63,799 bases of DNA, filler included, from Chiloscyllium plagiosum (GCF_004010195.1; 4 parts of one record of this genome joined end to end with filler, not necessarily neighbours in it); one strand, 5' to 3'; shown: positions 26,590 to 40,705, counted from the first letter of the whole stretch. Translations and numbers: made by a program. Notes: generated by a model not told the origin, from the letters alone.

Positions 26590-27125
26590 GAAGGTTTGTG
26601 AGGAGATTTGTAGCTCGGGTGCTCGTTGTTGTGGTTCTGTTCGCTGAGCTGCGAATTTGTGTTGCAGACGTTTCGTCCCCTGTCTAGGTGACATCCTCAG
26701 TGCTTGGGTGCCTCCTGTGAAGCGCTTCTGCGTTGTTCCCTCTGGCAAAGGACCCGATACCCAGCATGAGCAAAACCAACGTAGTTTACAAAATCCCATG
26801 CAAAACTGCACAAAACACTACATAGGACAAACAGGAAGACAGCTAACAATCCGTATCCATGAACACCAACTAGCCACGAAATGACACGACCAGCTATCCT
26901 TAGTCGCCACACACGCAGATGACAGGCAACATGAGTTCGACTGGGATAACACTACTATTATAGGACAAGCCAAACAGAGAACAGCCAGGGAATTCCTAGA
27001 GGCATGGTACTCATCCACAGATTCTATCAACAAACACATCGACCTGGACCCAATATACCGGCCACTGCAGCGGACAGCTGGAACTGACAACCAGAAGCGG
27101 CAGAGACAAACCACTATAAATGCCA
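26590..27125 (+). mobile_element. Penelope-like element: inverted terminal repeat (26590-~26732) plus GIY-YIG body
   Basis: NVVYKIPC..CTKHYIGQTGRQLTIRIHEHQLATK on plus; the upstream arm is the element's own 3' tail reversed (compare the collinear copy at 51752-52075). Confidence 0.88.
26664..26703 (-). ncRNA. Minimal type-I hammerhead ribozyme motif of a PLE
   Basis: Minus strand GCA-CUGAGGA-U-GUCACCU-AGAC-AGGGGAC-GAAAC-GUC-UGC: conserved core, helix II, short helix I (GCA/UGC), palindromic ACGU in place of helix III. Confidence 0.75.
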
Positions 27126-27189
27126 GAGAGATAGTGAGGAAAGAGATCAATCTGAGATAGTACAGCTGAGAACAGCAGTGAGTCAAACA

Positions 27190-28879
27190 GTCAGGGCAGG
27201 CAGGGACAAGGTAGGACTAATAAATTAAACTGCATTTATTTCAATGCAAGGGCCCTAACAGGGAAAGCAGATGAACTGAGGGCATGGTTAGGAACATGGG
27301 ACTGGGATATCATAGCAATTATGGAAACATGGTTCAGGGATGGGCAGGACTGGCAGCTTATTGTTCCAGGATACAAATGCTACAGGAAGGATAGAAAGGG
27401 AGGCAAGAGAGGAGGGGGAGTGGCATTTTTGATAAGGGATAGCATTACAGCTGTGCTGAGGGAGGATATTCCCGGAAATACATCCAGGGAAGTTATTTGG
27501 GTGGAACTGAGAAATAAGAAAGGGATGATCACCTTAATGGGATTGTATTATAGACCCCTCAATAGTCAAAGGGAAATTGAGAAACAAGCTTGTAAGGAGA
27601 TCTCAGTTATCTGTAAGAATAATATGGTAGTTATGGTAGGGAATTTTAACTTTCCAAACATTGACTGGGACTGCCATAGTGTTAAAGGTTTAGATGGAGA
27701 GGAATTTCCTAAGTGTGAACAAGACAATTTTCTGATTCAGTATGTGGATATACCTACTAGAGCAGATGCAAAACTTGACCTACTCTTGGGAAATAAGGCG
27801 GGGCAGGTGACTGAGGTGTCAGTGGGGGAGCACTTTGGGGCCAGTGACCATATTTCTTTCATTTTAAAATAGTGATGGAAAAGGATAGACCAGATCTAAA
27901 AGTTGAAGTTCTAAATTAGAGAAAGGCCAATTTTGACGGTATTGGCCTGACCTGCTGCGCTTTTCCAGCAACACATGTTCAGCGCTGATCTCCAGCATCT
28001 GCAGTCCTCACTTTCTCCTAGGGTAAAAGGGAAGGCTGGTAGGTATAGGGAATGCTGGTTGACTAAAGAAATTGAGAGTTTGGTTAAGAAAAAGAAGGAA
28101 GCATATGTCAGGTATAGACAGGATAGATCGAGGGAATCCTTAGAAGAATATAAAGGAAGGAGGAGGATACTTAAGAGGGAAATTAGGAGGGCAAAACGGT
28201 GACATGAGATAGCTTTGGCAAATTGAATTAAACTGAATCCAAAGGGTTTTTACAAATATATTAAGGACAAAAGGGTAACTAGGGAGAGAACAGGGCCCCT
28301 CAAAGATCAGCAAGGCAGCCTTTGTGTGGAGCCACAGAAAATGGGGGAGATACTAAATGAATATTTTGCATCAGTTTTAATTGTGGAAAAGGATATGGAA
28401 GATATAGACTGTAGGGAAATAGATGGTGACATCTTGCAAAGTGTCCAGATTACAGAGGAGGAAGTGCTACATGTCTTGAAACAATTATAGGTGGATAAAT
28501 CCCCAGGACCTGATCAAGTGTACCCGTGAACTCTGTGGGAAGCTAGAGAAGTGATTGCTGGGCCTCTTGTATCATCAATAGTCACAGGTGAGATGCCGGA
28601 AGACTGGAGGTTGGCAAATGTGATGCCACTGTTTAAGAAGGGCAGTAAAGACAAGCCAAGGAACTATAGACCGGTAAGCCTGACCTCAGTGGTGGGCAAG
28701 TTGGAGGGAATCCTGAGGAACAGGATGTACATGTATTTGGAAAGGCAAGGACTGATTCGGGATAGTCAACATGGCTTTGTGCGTGGGAAATTATGTCTCA
28801 CAAACTTGATTGAGGTTTTTGAGGAAGTAACAGAGAGGATTGATGAGGGCAGAGCAGTTGATGTGATCTATATGGACTT
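27190..28879 (+). mobile_element. CR1 LINE ORF2 (APE endonuclease plus start of RT), disrupted; runs into gap
   Basis: YFNAR..GKADEL, ETW, GGGVA, GLYYRP, GNFNFPNIDW, LDLLL, SDH; KSPGPD, PEDWRLANV.PLFKKG..PRNYRPVSLTSVVGK, QHGF, VDVIYMD. A PLE tail (~27944-28019) replaces an internal segment. Confidence 0.93.
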
Positions 28880-28979
28880 NNNNNNNNNNNNNNNNNNNNN
28901 NNNNNNNNNNNNNNNNNNNNNNNTTAATTAATTAANNNNNNNNNNNNNNNNNNNNNNNNNNNNNNNNNNNNNNNNNNNN
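28880..28979. other. Artificial scaffold spacer N44-TTAATTAATTAA-N44
   Basis: Exactly 100 nt with a central 12-mer giving stops in all six frames; repeated identically at 51652-51751 and 59007-59106. Confidence 0.97.
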
Positions 28980-29299
28980 TCAATAGTTGCTCCTTGCACA
29001 AGCTCCACATATCAATTGCGCCCTTCCCTTGAAGCCTACTTTTCCAAGCCACGCATCCTAAGTCGTGCCTCACCGCATCATAATTTCCCTGCCCCCAGCT
29101 ATAACTCTTGCCCTGCAGTGCATACTTATCCCTCTCCATTACTAGAGTAAAAGTCACCGAATTATGGTCACTGTCCCCAAAGTGCTCACCTAAAGGACAA
29201 AATGCATCTCTTAAAGCCGTAGTATTGTTACAATAGCCGAACAAGATGGTGGATACATCTCAGTCAAAGATCTATTTCTGCTCGTAAGTTCTTTGTTCC

Positions 29300-32200
29300 T
29301 AAAACTGCTGAACTGGGATGTTGTCATTTAAAAGGATACGTGTTTTATTGAAAGGACAAACAGATGGGCAGGAGGGTAGGGCTGTCTTGCTAAGAAGAAA
29401 TTAACTTAATAGCCAGCAGTGATAGAGTCTGAAGGCATAGAATCTGTATGGGTAGAGATGAAAACCCGCAAAGGAAAAAAAGACCCTGATGGGAGTTTTG
29501 TATAGGCCTCCTCGTAGTCAAGATGTGGGGCAGAAAATAAATTAGGAGATTAAAAAGGCATGAAAGAAATATACTATTAGAATAACCACAGGACATTTCA
29601 ATCAAAAAATCAAGTTGGTAGTGGCTTCTGTAAAAATGGAATTTGTCTAATGTCTACAAGATGGCTTTTGGAGTAGTTATGGTAGGCCCTATAGGGAACA
29701 GGCAATTCTGGATTTGGTGATGTGCAATGAGGTGGACTTAATTCAGGAGGTGAGGTGAAAGGACTCGTAGGGTGCAGTGACCATAATATGATAGAATTTA
29801 CCATGCCATTTGAGAGGGAGAAGCTTGAATCAGATGTTGATGGTATTACAATTGAGTAAAGGTAAATGTAAAGATATGAGGGAGGAACTGGCCAGAGTTC
29901 ACTGGAAGAGGAAACTACCAGGAAAGATAGTGGAGCAGCAGTGGCAGGAGTTTCTTGGGGTAATTTGGGAAGAACAGCAGAAATTCATCCCAGGAGGAAG
30001 AAGCATGCTTAAGGGGAGGATGAGGCATCTGTGGCTGGCAAGGGAAATCATGGACAACGTAAAAGAAAAAAGCATCAATTTTCATAGTGGAAGACACTAG
30101 TAGTATACAAAAGTTCGGGAGAGTGAAGGGACAGAGGTGAGTGTAGTGGCAGTCACCAAAGAGAAAGAGCTGGGGAAGCTGAAAGATCTGAAGGTGGATA
30201 AATTACCTGGACCAGATGGACTGACCTCAGAGTTCTGGAGGAGATGCTGAGGAGATTGTTGGGGCATTGGTGATCTTTTAAGAATTGCTGAAATCAAGTA
30301 GGGTGTCAGAGGACTGGAAATGGCTAATGTAACACCTTTATTTAAAAACTGGAGAGGTTCAGAAGACAAGAAATTTGGACTAGTTAATTTGACCTTGGTC
30401 ATTGGTGAGATTATGGAGACCATGATTAAGGGTGAGATTGTGGAATATTTTGAAGTGCATGGTAAAATAGGGCTGAATCAGCACAGCTTTGTCAAGGGGA
30501 GGACTCCTTTGAGAAAGTAACCAGCAAGTTACACAAAGGAGAGCTAGTGAACATGATCTATGTGGATTTCCAGAAGCCTTTGACAAGGTCTCCCACAGGA
30601 GGCTGCTCATGATGTTGGGGCATGTAGTATGGATTTTGTATTGGCTGGTTGGCTGAAGGTAGATAGTGGGGGATAAAGGCAGGATGGCAACCGGTGACTA
30701 GTGGAATTCGCAGGGGTCAAGTGTGGAAAGTGTGAGATTATACACTTTGTTAGGACGAATAGTGGTGTAGATTATTTTCTAAATGGGAAAGGCTTTGGAA
30801 ATCTGAAGCGCAAAAGGACTTGAATGTCCTGTTTCAGGATACAGTTAAGGTTGATGTGCAGGTTCGGTTGGCATTTGGAAGGCAAGTGTAATCTTAATGT
30901 TCATTTCAAGAAGACTAGGATGCAAAAGCAGTGATGTACTGGTGCATAAGCCTTTAATCAGACTGCATTTGGAATATTGTGAGCAATTTTGGGCTTATCT
31001 AAGGAAGGACATACTTGCATTGGAGGGTGTCCAGAAGAGGTCTGAACCTGGGGGTGCATTGCTTGTTATATGAGGAGTGGTATCGGACTGTGGATCGGTA
31101 CTCCCCATAGTTTATGAGAATGAGGGGGTATCTTGTTGAAACTTAGAATATTGAGAGGCCTGGATGGAGTAGACGTGGAGAAGATGTTTCCACTACTCGC
31201 AGAGACTTGGACCACAGGGCACAGTTTTAGAATAAGGGATACCTCTTTAGAACAGAGATGGGGAGAAATTCCTTCAGCCAGACAATGGTTGATCTGTGGA
31301 ACTCATTGCAGCAGAAAGTTGTGGAAGCCAAGTCAGTGAGTGTATTTAAAGTTACAAAATCACACAACACCACATAATAGTCCAACCTCGCACTAGCTTT
31401 TGGAGTGCTGCTCCTTAATCAGGTGGTTTTGGAGGATAAGATCATGATCATTGAATTTATAGCCCAAAGAGTCCAGTGGCACGGAGGTGTTATACATTAA
31501 ACAATTTTAGATTAAATCTTTCATCTTTTAAAACTGGATATGCTGGCTTCTGTTCTTTGATATGTAAATCCCAGAACGTTTTTTAAATTACATTTTCAAG
31601 ATAGTTCAACTTTTCTAACAATAGGTATGAAGTCTGTCTGTGTCCCAATATTTAGTCAGACTGACAAACCCTCTGCATAGTTTTACACACTTTTACATGG
31701 ATTCATGCGGACCGTTGGGTGACCGTCCTCCAAGGTGGACTTCAGGACAAGCAACGACGTAGAGTGGCTGATCAGAAGCTGATAGCAAAGTTTGATACCT
31801 ATGGGAATGGCCTCAACCGGGACCTTGGGTTCATGTCAAACTACAGGTGACCCTACTAGAGAATACAGTCACACACATGCACACTCCTACGTACTCTCAC
31901 ACCCATTCAGACCCTTTCTCATACACAAGCTCCCTCTCTCTCTCTCATGTGCACACACACACACACTCCTCAGACTGACACTCGCACATGCAACCTCTCG
32001 CAGATACATACTCCATCTCTCTCACACACACACACACGCACTATAATGTGCACTCACGCCCACATGCACACTCACTCTGTCGCTCCTCCATGCACATAGA
32101 TATAAGTTTTTGGGTGAATTTATTTTTGCAGAATTCCATTTTATTTTGCTCCAAAACTGCATGAATCCTTGTAAAGATATACAGAAAAGCTGAACTATCT

Positions 32201-32640
32201 TGAGAATGTAATTTAAAAGAAGTTCTTGGGTTTACATATCAAAGAACAGAAACCAGCATATCCAATTTTAAAAGAGGAAAGATTTAATTTAAAATTGTTT
32301 AATGTATCACATTTCCGTGCCACTGGACTCCTTTGGCTGTAAATTCTGTAATCATGATCTTATCCTCAACAATCACCTGATGAAGGAGCAGTGCTCAGAA
32401 AGCTAGTGCTTCCAAATAAACCTGTTGGACTATGACTTGGTGTTGTGTGATTTTTAACTTTGTCCACCCCAGTTCAACACTGGCACCTCCGAGTGTATTT
32501 AAGACAGTGATAAGTTCTTGATTAGTGAGGGGATCAAGGATTATGGGGAGAGGGCAAGAGAATGGGGCTGAGAAACGTACCAGCCATGATCAATTACTAG
32601 AGCCAATTTGATGGGCTGAATGGCCTAATTCTGCTCCCAC
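29300..32640 (+). mobile_element. Old degenerate CR1 LINE (EN, RT, 3' UTR) interrupted by a PLE
   Basis: Scattered CR1 motifs (GVLYRPP, MANVTPLFK, QHSFVKGR, DFQK.FDKV.H.RLL) and a 3' UTR resuming at 32491. Confidence 0.8.
31350..32490 (+). mobile_element. PLE insertion with inverted arms, (CA)n-rich spacer and 12-bp TSD
   Basis: 31350-~31615 is the reverse complement of ~32185-32460; flanked by GAGTGTATTTAA at 31338-31349 and 32491-32502; hammerhead-like CTGATGA..GAAA at 32377-32404. Confidence 0.85.
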
Positions 32641-33634
32641 ACCTGATGGCCTTATTGCCTAAAGGCAGTCTGTGAATTTAATACAGTCCCTGCCACACTT
32701 CTGTGACATCATAAGTGACAGCTTTCAGACATCTTTATGATACCTGCGGATGATTTTTTTTGTGGGGTGGGATCTGAAAATTTGAAAACATTGTTATAAA
32801 TGGGCTGAAAGCTGAATATGAAGTTGGAAGTCAGACTTCTGAGGCTTTTAAGTACATTGAATCGGAACTCAGGCTGAGCAGGTTTAGCGTCAAGTTTTGG
32901 TGGAAGATATAAGCTCTACTGTTGCTAGTCAAAATGGCACCTCATTGAAAGGATGCAGCAGCTTCCAAAAGTGTAATGGAGGAATTGTGAAGTCTAACTG
33001 GATAACTGGGTGCCTCGGCACCCACACACGACCAGATCTAGTTTTGAAGTATTAGCATAGAGTATAAGAACAAATGATCCCAGGATGGAAGGTATTATTT
33101 GGGCAAAAAAAAACTTGGAAATATGTTAAATAGAGAACTGTGTTTTGAAGTTTCCATTATTGGGAAATTCTAGAGCATGAAAATTCTTGTTTTTAGTAAT
33201 ATGTCTTCAGTAATACAACTCTTAATTGTAGGAGGGCTTGTATTTTTTCTTGCAGGAAAGGAAGGTAAATGTTGTTCTTTAGCTTGAATACTTAAAAAGA
33301 TTAGAAAGATAGTAAAAAAAACTTAGTGGTGGAGACACGCTGTTGGTGAGATTGTAGGTATAGCACTTTTCGTGCAAATAGTGGAAGAAATTCTAAAAGG
33401 TATTCAACAGCAATACTTATTAAATGTTACAGCAGTTAACTCACTATTGGATGACATGTCTGCAACAAAGTGTGTGAAGGAGAAGATACTGAGGATTGAT
33501 ATTACAGTTTTAGTACAGTGCAGAGATTTCCAAATTGAGAGTGGGTGGATCATAGCAATTAGCCAACTAATTGTTTAACAAGAATGTGGCAAGTTCTAAA
33601 ACAGTTGGAGAGACTGGAAAAATAATTTTTTAGG

Positions 33635-33962
33635 GTGGCATGGTGACACAGTGGTTGACATGACCTGGATTCAATTCTCACCTTGACTGTCTCTATGGAG
33701 TTTGCATATTCTCCCTTTGTCTGCATGGATATTCATGAGTGCACCGGTTTCTTCCTACAGTCCAAACATGTGCAGGTTAGGTGGATTGGCCATGCTAAAT
33801 TGTCTGCAGAATCAGGGATATATAAGCTAGGTGCACTAGTCATGATAAATACGGGGTTAGGGTCAGAGGCTAGGTCTTGGTGAGAGACCTTTTGGGGTGT
33901 TGGTGCAGTCTTGATGGGCCAAATAGCCTCTTCCTGCGCTGTAGGGTTCGATGAATCTATGA
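33635..33962 (+). mobile_element. V-SINE, old
   Basis: Diverged A/B boxes and V-domain. Confidence 0.8.
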
Positions 33963-35039
33963 TAGAACTTGAATATTAAAAGAAAATATGGGAATATAAT
34001 CTGTTGCCATTTTAATTATAGGTTGATTTATCTTAAAGAAAGGATATGTGGCAGTTTGCTATCACCTGATATGGACTGAGGGAATGCCTGAGCCCTAATA
34101 GAATGAGAGGACAAGTGATGGAAATTGATATTTTCATATCAACCTGTTCAGAGATAATATTCAGAAATGAAGCAGTGGAACTTGAACCTAGACCTCTTGA
34201 TTTAGAAGTAGTGAGAATATCACTGTGACAAAGAACCCTGGTGATGGATATATTGGGGAAATTGGATTTGAATCGAATACATAGTGAGGAGGGACAAATA
34301 ATCAGTTGTGTTTTATAGGATGTGCTTAACTGAAATAAAAGTTGTCAGATAAAAGTGAATTCTGTTTAAATACAGTTGCCTTTTGGGGTACAACATGTCT
34401 GATATTAACATCTGCTCATGTTGGCTGCCATCCGAAAGGTATAATCCTCTTTCATCGCAGGTAGTATTAAGGAAACAGGTAGGCTGCAGAAATATTGCTG
34501 GTACTTTGTAGGGTTTATTTTCTGCTCCTTATAATGAAGCAACTGAATAGTTAACATTTCAAGCTGATCAGACAATAATTGGATTTAAAATGCAAAATTT
34601 AGCCCAGTTACATTACTTTCTTCATACCTTTAAAATTCCTGGTGCCTCAGATGATGTCTGAGAGTTTGTTGGTCAAATTTTTCCAGTTTAAAGTAATTTA
34701 TCAATAAAAATATCCATAAATTAGACCATAAGCCACCACAGTAGTTATGTAATAGTTGCTGCCAGTATTTCGGATAAACCACCCAGCACCCTCATGTGGA
34801 AAATGGTCAGATATAATTTGACGGCACTTTTAGCCCCAGCTTTGTCCTGTATTTTATAGTGTTTTAAGTGTTAAAATGCTGAGCAAATTTTGGGTATTTC
34901 ATGCAGATTTGATTGGTTCATAGTCTCGCCAGTAATGGAAGGCGAATGGAAAACTGGTGTTTCTAACCACTTAAATCAACCTATTTGAAATGACTTAGAT
35001 ATATTTGCATTCACTGCAAATCAAGAACATGTTTTTTTT

Positions 35040-35750
35040 AATCTTCAGCTATGGTCATTGTATTATCAAGGAGTAGTATTAGATAAACCAGTGGGCTAAA
35101 GGCAGATATGTTCCCTGGCCCTGATGTATCATTGGATCCTAAAGAAGGGTAGTTACAGAGGTAGTAGGTGCATTGATAGTAATTTAAAAAAAAATCTTTA
35201 CATTCTGGAGTAGTACCAGAGGATTGGAAATTTGCTAAAGTGTCACCACTTTCAAAAATGGTCAGAAACAAAGAGTGGGTAACTACAGGCTAATTAGCCC
35301 AACATTCATTATTGGAAAAATATTGGAATAAATTATTTAGGAAGTAATAGCAGAACCTTTGGAAAGTCATCAATTAAACAGGCAGAGTCAACATGACTTC
35401 ATGAAATAGAATTGAATAGAATAGAATATGATTTATTAGAGTTTTTTCGAGGAAGCCTCAACCAGAGTGGATGGAGGGAAACCAGTCGATGTGTTGTATT
35501 TGCATTTCCAGAAAGTGTTTGACAGGTAACTCAAAAAGTTAAATTGCAAAATAAGAGCCCATGGTATTGGAGGTTATATGTTGACATGGACTGCAAATTG
35601 GCTCATGGGCAAGGGAGGAAACAGCAAAGGGGGATAGGAAGTTCTTTATCATTTGGAGACCTGTGGCCAGTGGGGATCCACAGGGATTATAGCATGGACC
35701 ACAACTGTTTACATATATGTTAATGACTGGAAGGAAGAAAGTGAATGTAG
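35040..35750 (+). mobile_element. Old CR1 RT fragment
   Basis: PEDWKFAKVSPL, NYR, DVLYLHFQKVFD, WRPVASG.PQG remnants. Confidence 0.7.
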
Positions 35751-35769
35751 TGTTGTTCGATTTGCAGGT

Positions 35770-38380
35770 TTTTAAAATTTATTCATTTGTAGGATATGGG
35801 TGTTGCTGGTTGGCCACCGGTTATTACCCATCCCTAGCTGCCCTTGAGAAGGTGGTGGGGAGCTGCTTTCTTGAACTACTTCCACCTGCTGTGAGTTGAC
35901 CCACAATGCCATTAGGGAGGGAATACCAGGATTTTGACTCAGCAACAGTGAAGGATATATTTCCAAGTGGTGAGTGGCTTGAAGGGGAACTTGAAGTTGG
36001 TGGTGTTCCAATATATCTGGAGCCCTTGTCCTTATGGATGGAAGTGGTTGTGGGTTTGGAAGGTGCTATCTGAAGATATTTAGTGAATTCCTGCATGGGC
36101 TTCGGGTGGTAGAGGAAGTGGATGTTTATGGATGTAGTGCCAAACGAGCAGCTGCTTTGTCCTGGATGATGTCAAGCTTGAGTGTTGCTGGGTCTTCTCT
36201 CATCCAGACAAATGCGAAGTATTCCACCACATGCCTGATTTGTGCCTTGTAGATAGTGGATAGGCTTCGAGGAGTAAGGAGAATTGTTACTCATCATAGT
36301 ATTCCTAGCCTCTGACATGCTCTTATAGGCACTGTTTATTTGGTGAGCCCAGTTGTATTTCTAGTCAATGATAACCTGAATGGTGTTGACAGTGGGGGCT
36401 TCAGTGGTGGTAACATCATTGAATGTCAAATGGTGGTTAAATTGACCATCACCAATAGGAGAGATGGCTTGGCATTTGTGTGGCGTGAATTTTACTTGCC
36501 ACTTGTCAGCCCAACCCTATATATTGTTCAGATCCTGTTGCAATGGGACGTGGACTGCTTCAGTATCTGAACATTTGTGCTGAACATTGTGCAATCATTG
36601 GCAAGCATCCCCACTTCTGATGATGGAGGGAAGGTCATTGATGAAGCAGCTGAAGATTGTTGGACCCAGGACACTAATGTGAAGAACTCCTGGTAAGGTG
36701 ACCAACCTCCAACAACCACCACTCCCTCCCCATATGTCAGGTATGACTCCAGCCACTGGAGATTTTTGCACCCAAAGTCATATTGATTCCATTTTGCCAG
36801 GACTCCTTAATGCCATTCTCTGTCAAATGCAGCCTTGATGTCAAGGGCTATCACTCTCACCTTTCATCTGAATTCAGCTGTTTTGTCCTTCTTTGAACCA
36901 AGGTTATAATGAGGTCAGGAGTTGAGTGGTCCTGGTGGAACCCAAACTGAGAGTCAGTGAGCAGGTGCTGCTTGATAGCACTGTTGATGACACATTCCAT
37001 CATTTTACTGATAGGGTGGTAATTGGCCAGATTGGATTTGTTCAGCTTTTTATGTACAGAACAGACTTAGACAATTTTCCACATCGTTGGAAAAGCTTGG
37101 TAGGGGAGAAGCAAATTATTGAGCACAAGTCTTCAGTACTATTGCTGGAATGTGAGCGGTATCTGTAATGCTGAGGACCACAGCAGGAGGCCGAGATGGA
37201 TCATTCATTCGGCACTTCTGGCAAAAGATTGCTGTGAAAGCTTCTGCCGTGTCTTTTGTACTGATGTTCTGAGCTCATTCATCATTGAAGATTGAGATGT
37301 TAGTGGAGCTTCCTCCTCAAGTGATTTGTTTAATTATCCACCACCATTCATGACTGGATATGGCAGGACTGCAGAACTTCGATCTGAACGGTTGGTTGGG
37401 GACCACTGAGCTCTCAATATCATATACTGCTTATGCTGTTTGGCATGCAATAGTCCTTTTTGGTGGCTTCACCAGGTTGACACCTCATCGTCATGTATGC
37501 CTGCTACTGCTCCTGGCATGCCCTCCTGCACACTCCATTGTACCAGAATTGATGGTAATGGTTGAATGGAGGTGGGGTATGCTGGGCCATGATGTTACAG
37601 ATAGTGCTAGAATACAGTTGTGCTGTTGATGGCTCACAGCATGTCATAGTTGTCTAGACTTGAGTTGCTCAATCTGTGCGAAGTCTGGCATGGTGATAGT
37701 GCCACATAATACAGAGGTTATTCTCAGTTTGAAGATGGGATTTCATCTGTGCAGTGGTTGTGCTTACTGCTACTGTCATGGACAGATGCATCATTGATAA
37801 TGATGAAGTAAAGTTCCTTCTTGTTGGCTCCCTCACCACCTGCGGCAGTTTGTCTAGTAGCTTTGGCCTTTAGGACTTGACCAGCTCAATCAGTAGTACT
37901 GCTGCTGAGCCACTCTTGACGGTGGACATTAGACATTGAAATCCCCCAACCAGAGTATATTTTCTGCCCTTGTCATCCTCAGTGCGTCCTCTAAATGTTG
38001 TTCAACATGGAGGAGTACCAGTGCATCAGATGAAAAAGTTTCCTTACCCATGTTTAACCTGAAGCCATGAAATTTCATGGGGCCTGGAGTCAATGTCGAG
38101 GACTCCCAGGCCAATTCCGTCCTGATTTTATATCACCATACAGCCACCTCTGCCGGGTCTATCCTGCTGGTGGGACAAACGATATCCAGGGATGATGATG
38201 ATGCCTGGGACATTGTCTGTAAGTTATGATTCCATGAGAATGATTTTGTCAGGCTGTTGTTTGGCTAGTGTTGTGTGTGACTATCTGTGAGACAGCACTC
38301 CAAATTTTGGCACTCACCCCAGATGTTGGTAAGGGGGACTTTGCAGGGTCGACAGGGATGGTGACTTTTCTGGTGCCAAG
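35770..38380 (-). mobile_element. Second non-LTR retrotransposon family (APE plus RT, clade not resolved), degenerate
   Basis: Minus strand: HVEQHLEDALR..RAENILWLGDFNV (EN); ALDIKAAFDR.WH and EVGMLANDCTMF (RT); WYSLPN.IVG..T....SRKQLPTTFS (C-terminus). Confidence 0.75.
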
Positions 38381-39219
38381 GCCAATACTAGGTCACAGTC
38401 GTACAGTATGGAAACAGATCCTCTGGTCCAATCAGTCCATGCAGAATATAATCCCAAGCTATTAAGTAGTCACACCTGCCTGCTCCTGGTCCATATCCCT
38501 CCAAACCTTTCCTATTCCGGTATCCATCCAAGTGTCTTTGAAACATTGTAATTGTACCCGCATCCATCACTTCCTCAGAAAGTTGACTCCACATGTGAAT
38601 GATCCGTCCTGTTTCATTTCTTTAAGACTTAGTAAACATTGGTACAGCTCTCCAGCTTGCTACACCATTTCAGAGCGCAACTGTAAGTCAACGACAGTGC
38701 TGTAGGTCTGGAGTCACATGTAGGCCAGACCAGGTAAGGATGGCAGATTTTCTTTCCTTAAGGACATTAGCTTTTCCAACAATCGGTAGTGATTTCATGG
38801 TCATCAGTAGATTCTTAATTCCAGTTTATAAAATTATTTTAAAAATTGAGTTCAATTCTACCATCTGCTGTGACCGGATTTGAACCTGGGTCCTCAGAAT
38901 CTTACCTTGGATTAGCAGTCTAACGATAATACCACTAGCCTTCAATGACAAAAAAAAAGGCGGAAGGGCAGATGGTGAGAAGGATGCAAACAGTTTACAG
39001 TGAGATAATGATAGGTTAAGTAAGTAAGGAAAATCTTGGCAAATGTGGGAAAAGGAGAATTTGGGGATTTGGGGATACCTGTACATGAAACACAGAAAGC
39101 TCGCATGCAGATGCAACAGGTAATCAGAAAGTTTAATGGAATTTTGGCCCTGACTTCAAGGGTTTTGGTGTGCAAGACTGGGACCATTTTACGCTAAATG
39201 AAAGAATGTCTTTATTTTA

Positions 39220-40705
39220 GAGTCATACAGGCCTTTCAGCCTAACTCATCCATTCTGAATAGGTTTCCTAAACTGAGCTAATCTGTTGGCCTGTGTTTAT
39301 CCCATATTCCTCTAAGCCTTTCCTTCCCATGTACCTGTCCAAATGCTTTTTAAGTGCTGTAATTATGCTGGCCTCTACCACTTCCTCTGGCAGTTGTTCC
39401 ATATATGCACCACTCTCCGTATGAAAAAGTTGTCTCTCAGGTCGCTTTAAAATTTTACCCCTCTCTTATTTAAACCTATGACCCCTAGTTTTGGATTCCC
39501 CAATTCTGGGAACTATCTTGGTTATTCACCTTATCTAATCCCTTCAATATTTTATAAGCCTCTATAATGGAGTCATAGACATATTACAGCACGGAAGCAG
39601 ACCCTTTGGTCTAACACGTCCATGCCGACCAGCTATCCTAAAGTAATCTAATCCCATTTGCCAGAATTTGGCCCATATCCTTCTAAACACATTTTATTTA
39701 TGTATCCATCCAGGTACCTTTTAAATGTCGTAAATGTACCAGCCTCCTCCACCGCCTCTGGCAGTTCATTCCACACACGCACCACTCTCTGCATGAAAAC
39801 GTTGCACCCTTTTTAACTTTTTTTTTCCCCCCTCAATTTAAACTTATGCCTTCCAGTTTTGGATTCCCCTGTGCTAGGAAAAAGACCTTTGCTATTCACC
39901 CTATCTGTGAACATCATGATTTTATAAACTTCTAAGGTCACCCCCTCAGGCTCTGGCACTAAAGGGAAATAGCCCAAGCCTATTCAGCGTCTCTCTACAG
40001 CTGTAATCCTTCAACCCTGGTGACATCCTTCTAAATTTCTTATGAATCTTTTCAAGATTATCATTGTTTTTCCTACAGCTGGGAGACCAGAATTGAATGT
40101 AGTATTCCAAAAGTGGCCTAACCAATGACCAATAAAGGCAAGCATACCAAATGCTGCCCTGTCTACTTGCACCCTTTCAAAGAACTGTAAACCTGCCTTC
40201 CAAGGTCTGTTTGTTTGATAGCACTCCCCAGGATTTGCCATTAAGTGTATAAATCTTGCCCTGATTTGCCTTATCAAGATGCAACACCTCATATTTATAT
40301 AAATTAAACTCCAGTTGCCACTCTTCAGCCCATTAGCACATCTGATCAAAGTCCCATTATACTCTGAGGTAAACCACCTTCGCTATCCACTACTCTACCA
40401 ATTTTGGTGTCATCTTCAAACTTACTAACCTTTCCTCTTGTATTCACATTCAGATCATTTATGTAACTGACAAAATGCAGTAGGCTTGGTACCGATTCTT
40501 GCGGCATACCACTGGTCACAGGCCTCCTGTCTGAAAAAGAACCCACTACCAGCACCCTCCGTCTCCTACTTTCAAGCCAGTTTTGGGTCCAATCGTCATG
40601 TTTTGTCTATCCTTACCAGTCAGTGTGCTATGTGGTACCTGGTAAAAGGCCTTGCTAAAGTCATGTAGACAAGGTTTATTGCTCTGTTTTCATCTATCTT
40701 CTTGA
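39220..40705 (-). mobile_element. CR1 3' fragments (two stacked 3' ends plus RT)
   Basis: RPVTSG.PQ.SV...FV.YINDL......VSKF.DDTKIG..VDSE on minus; CR1 3' UTRs at ~39220 and ~39570. Confidence 0.85.

Noticed and set aside
28924..28935. TTAATTAATTAA as a piggyBac or regulatory site
   Set aside because: Centred in N runs three times identically; synthetic.
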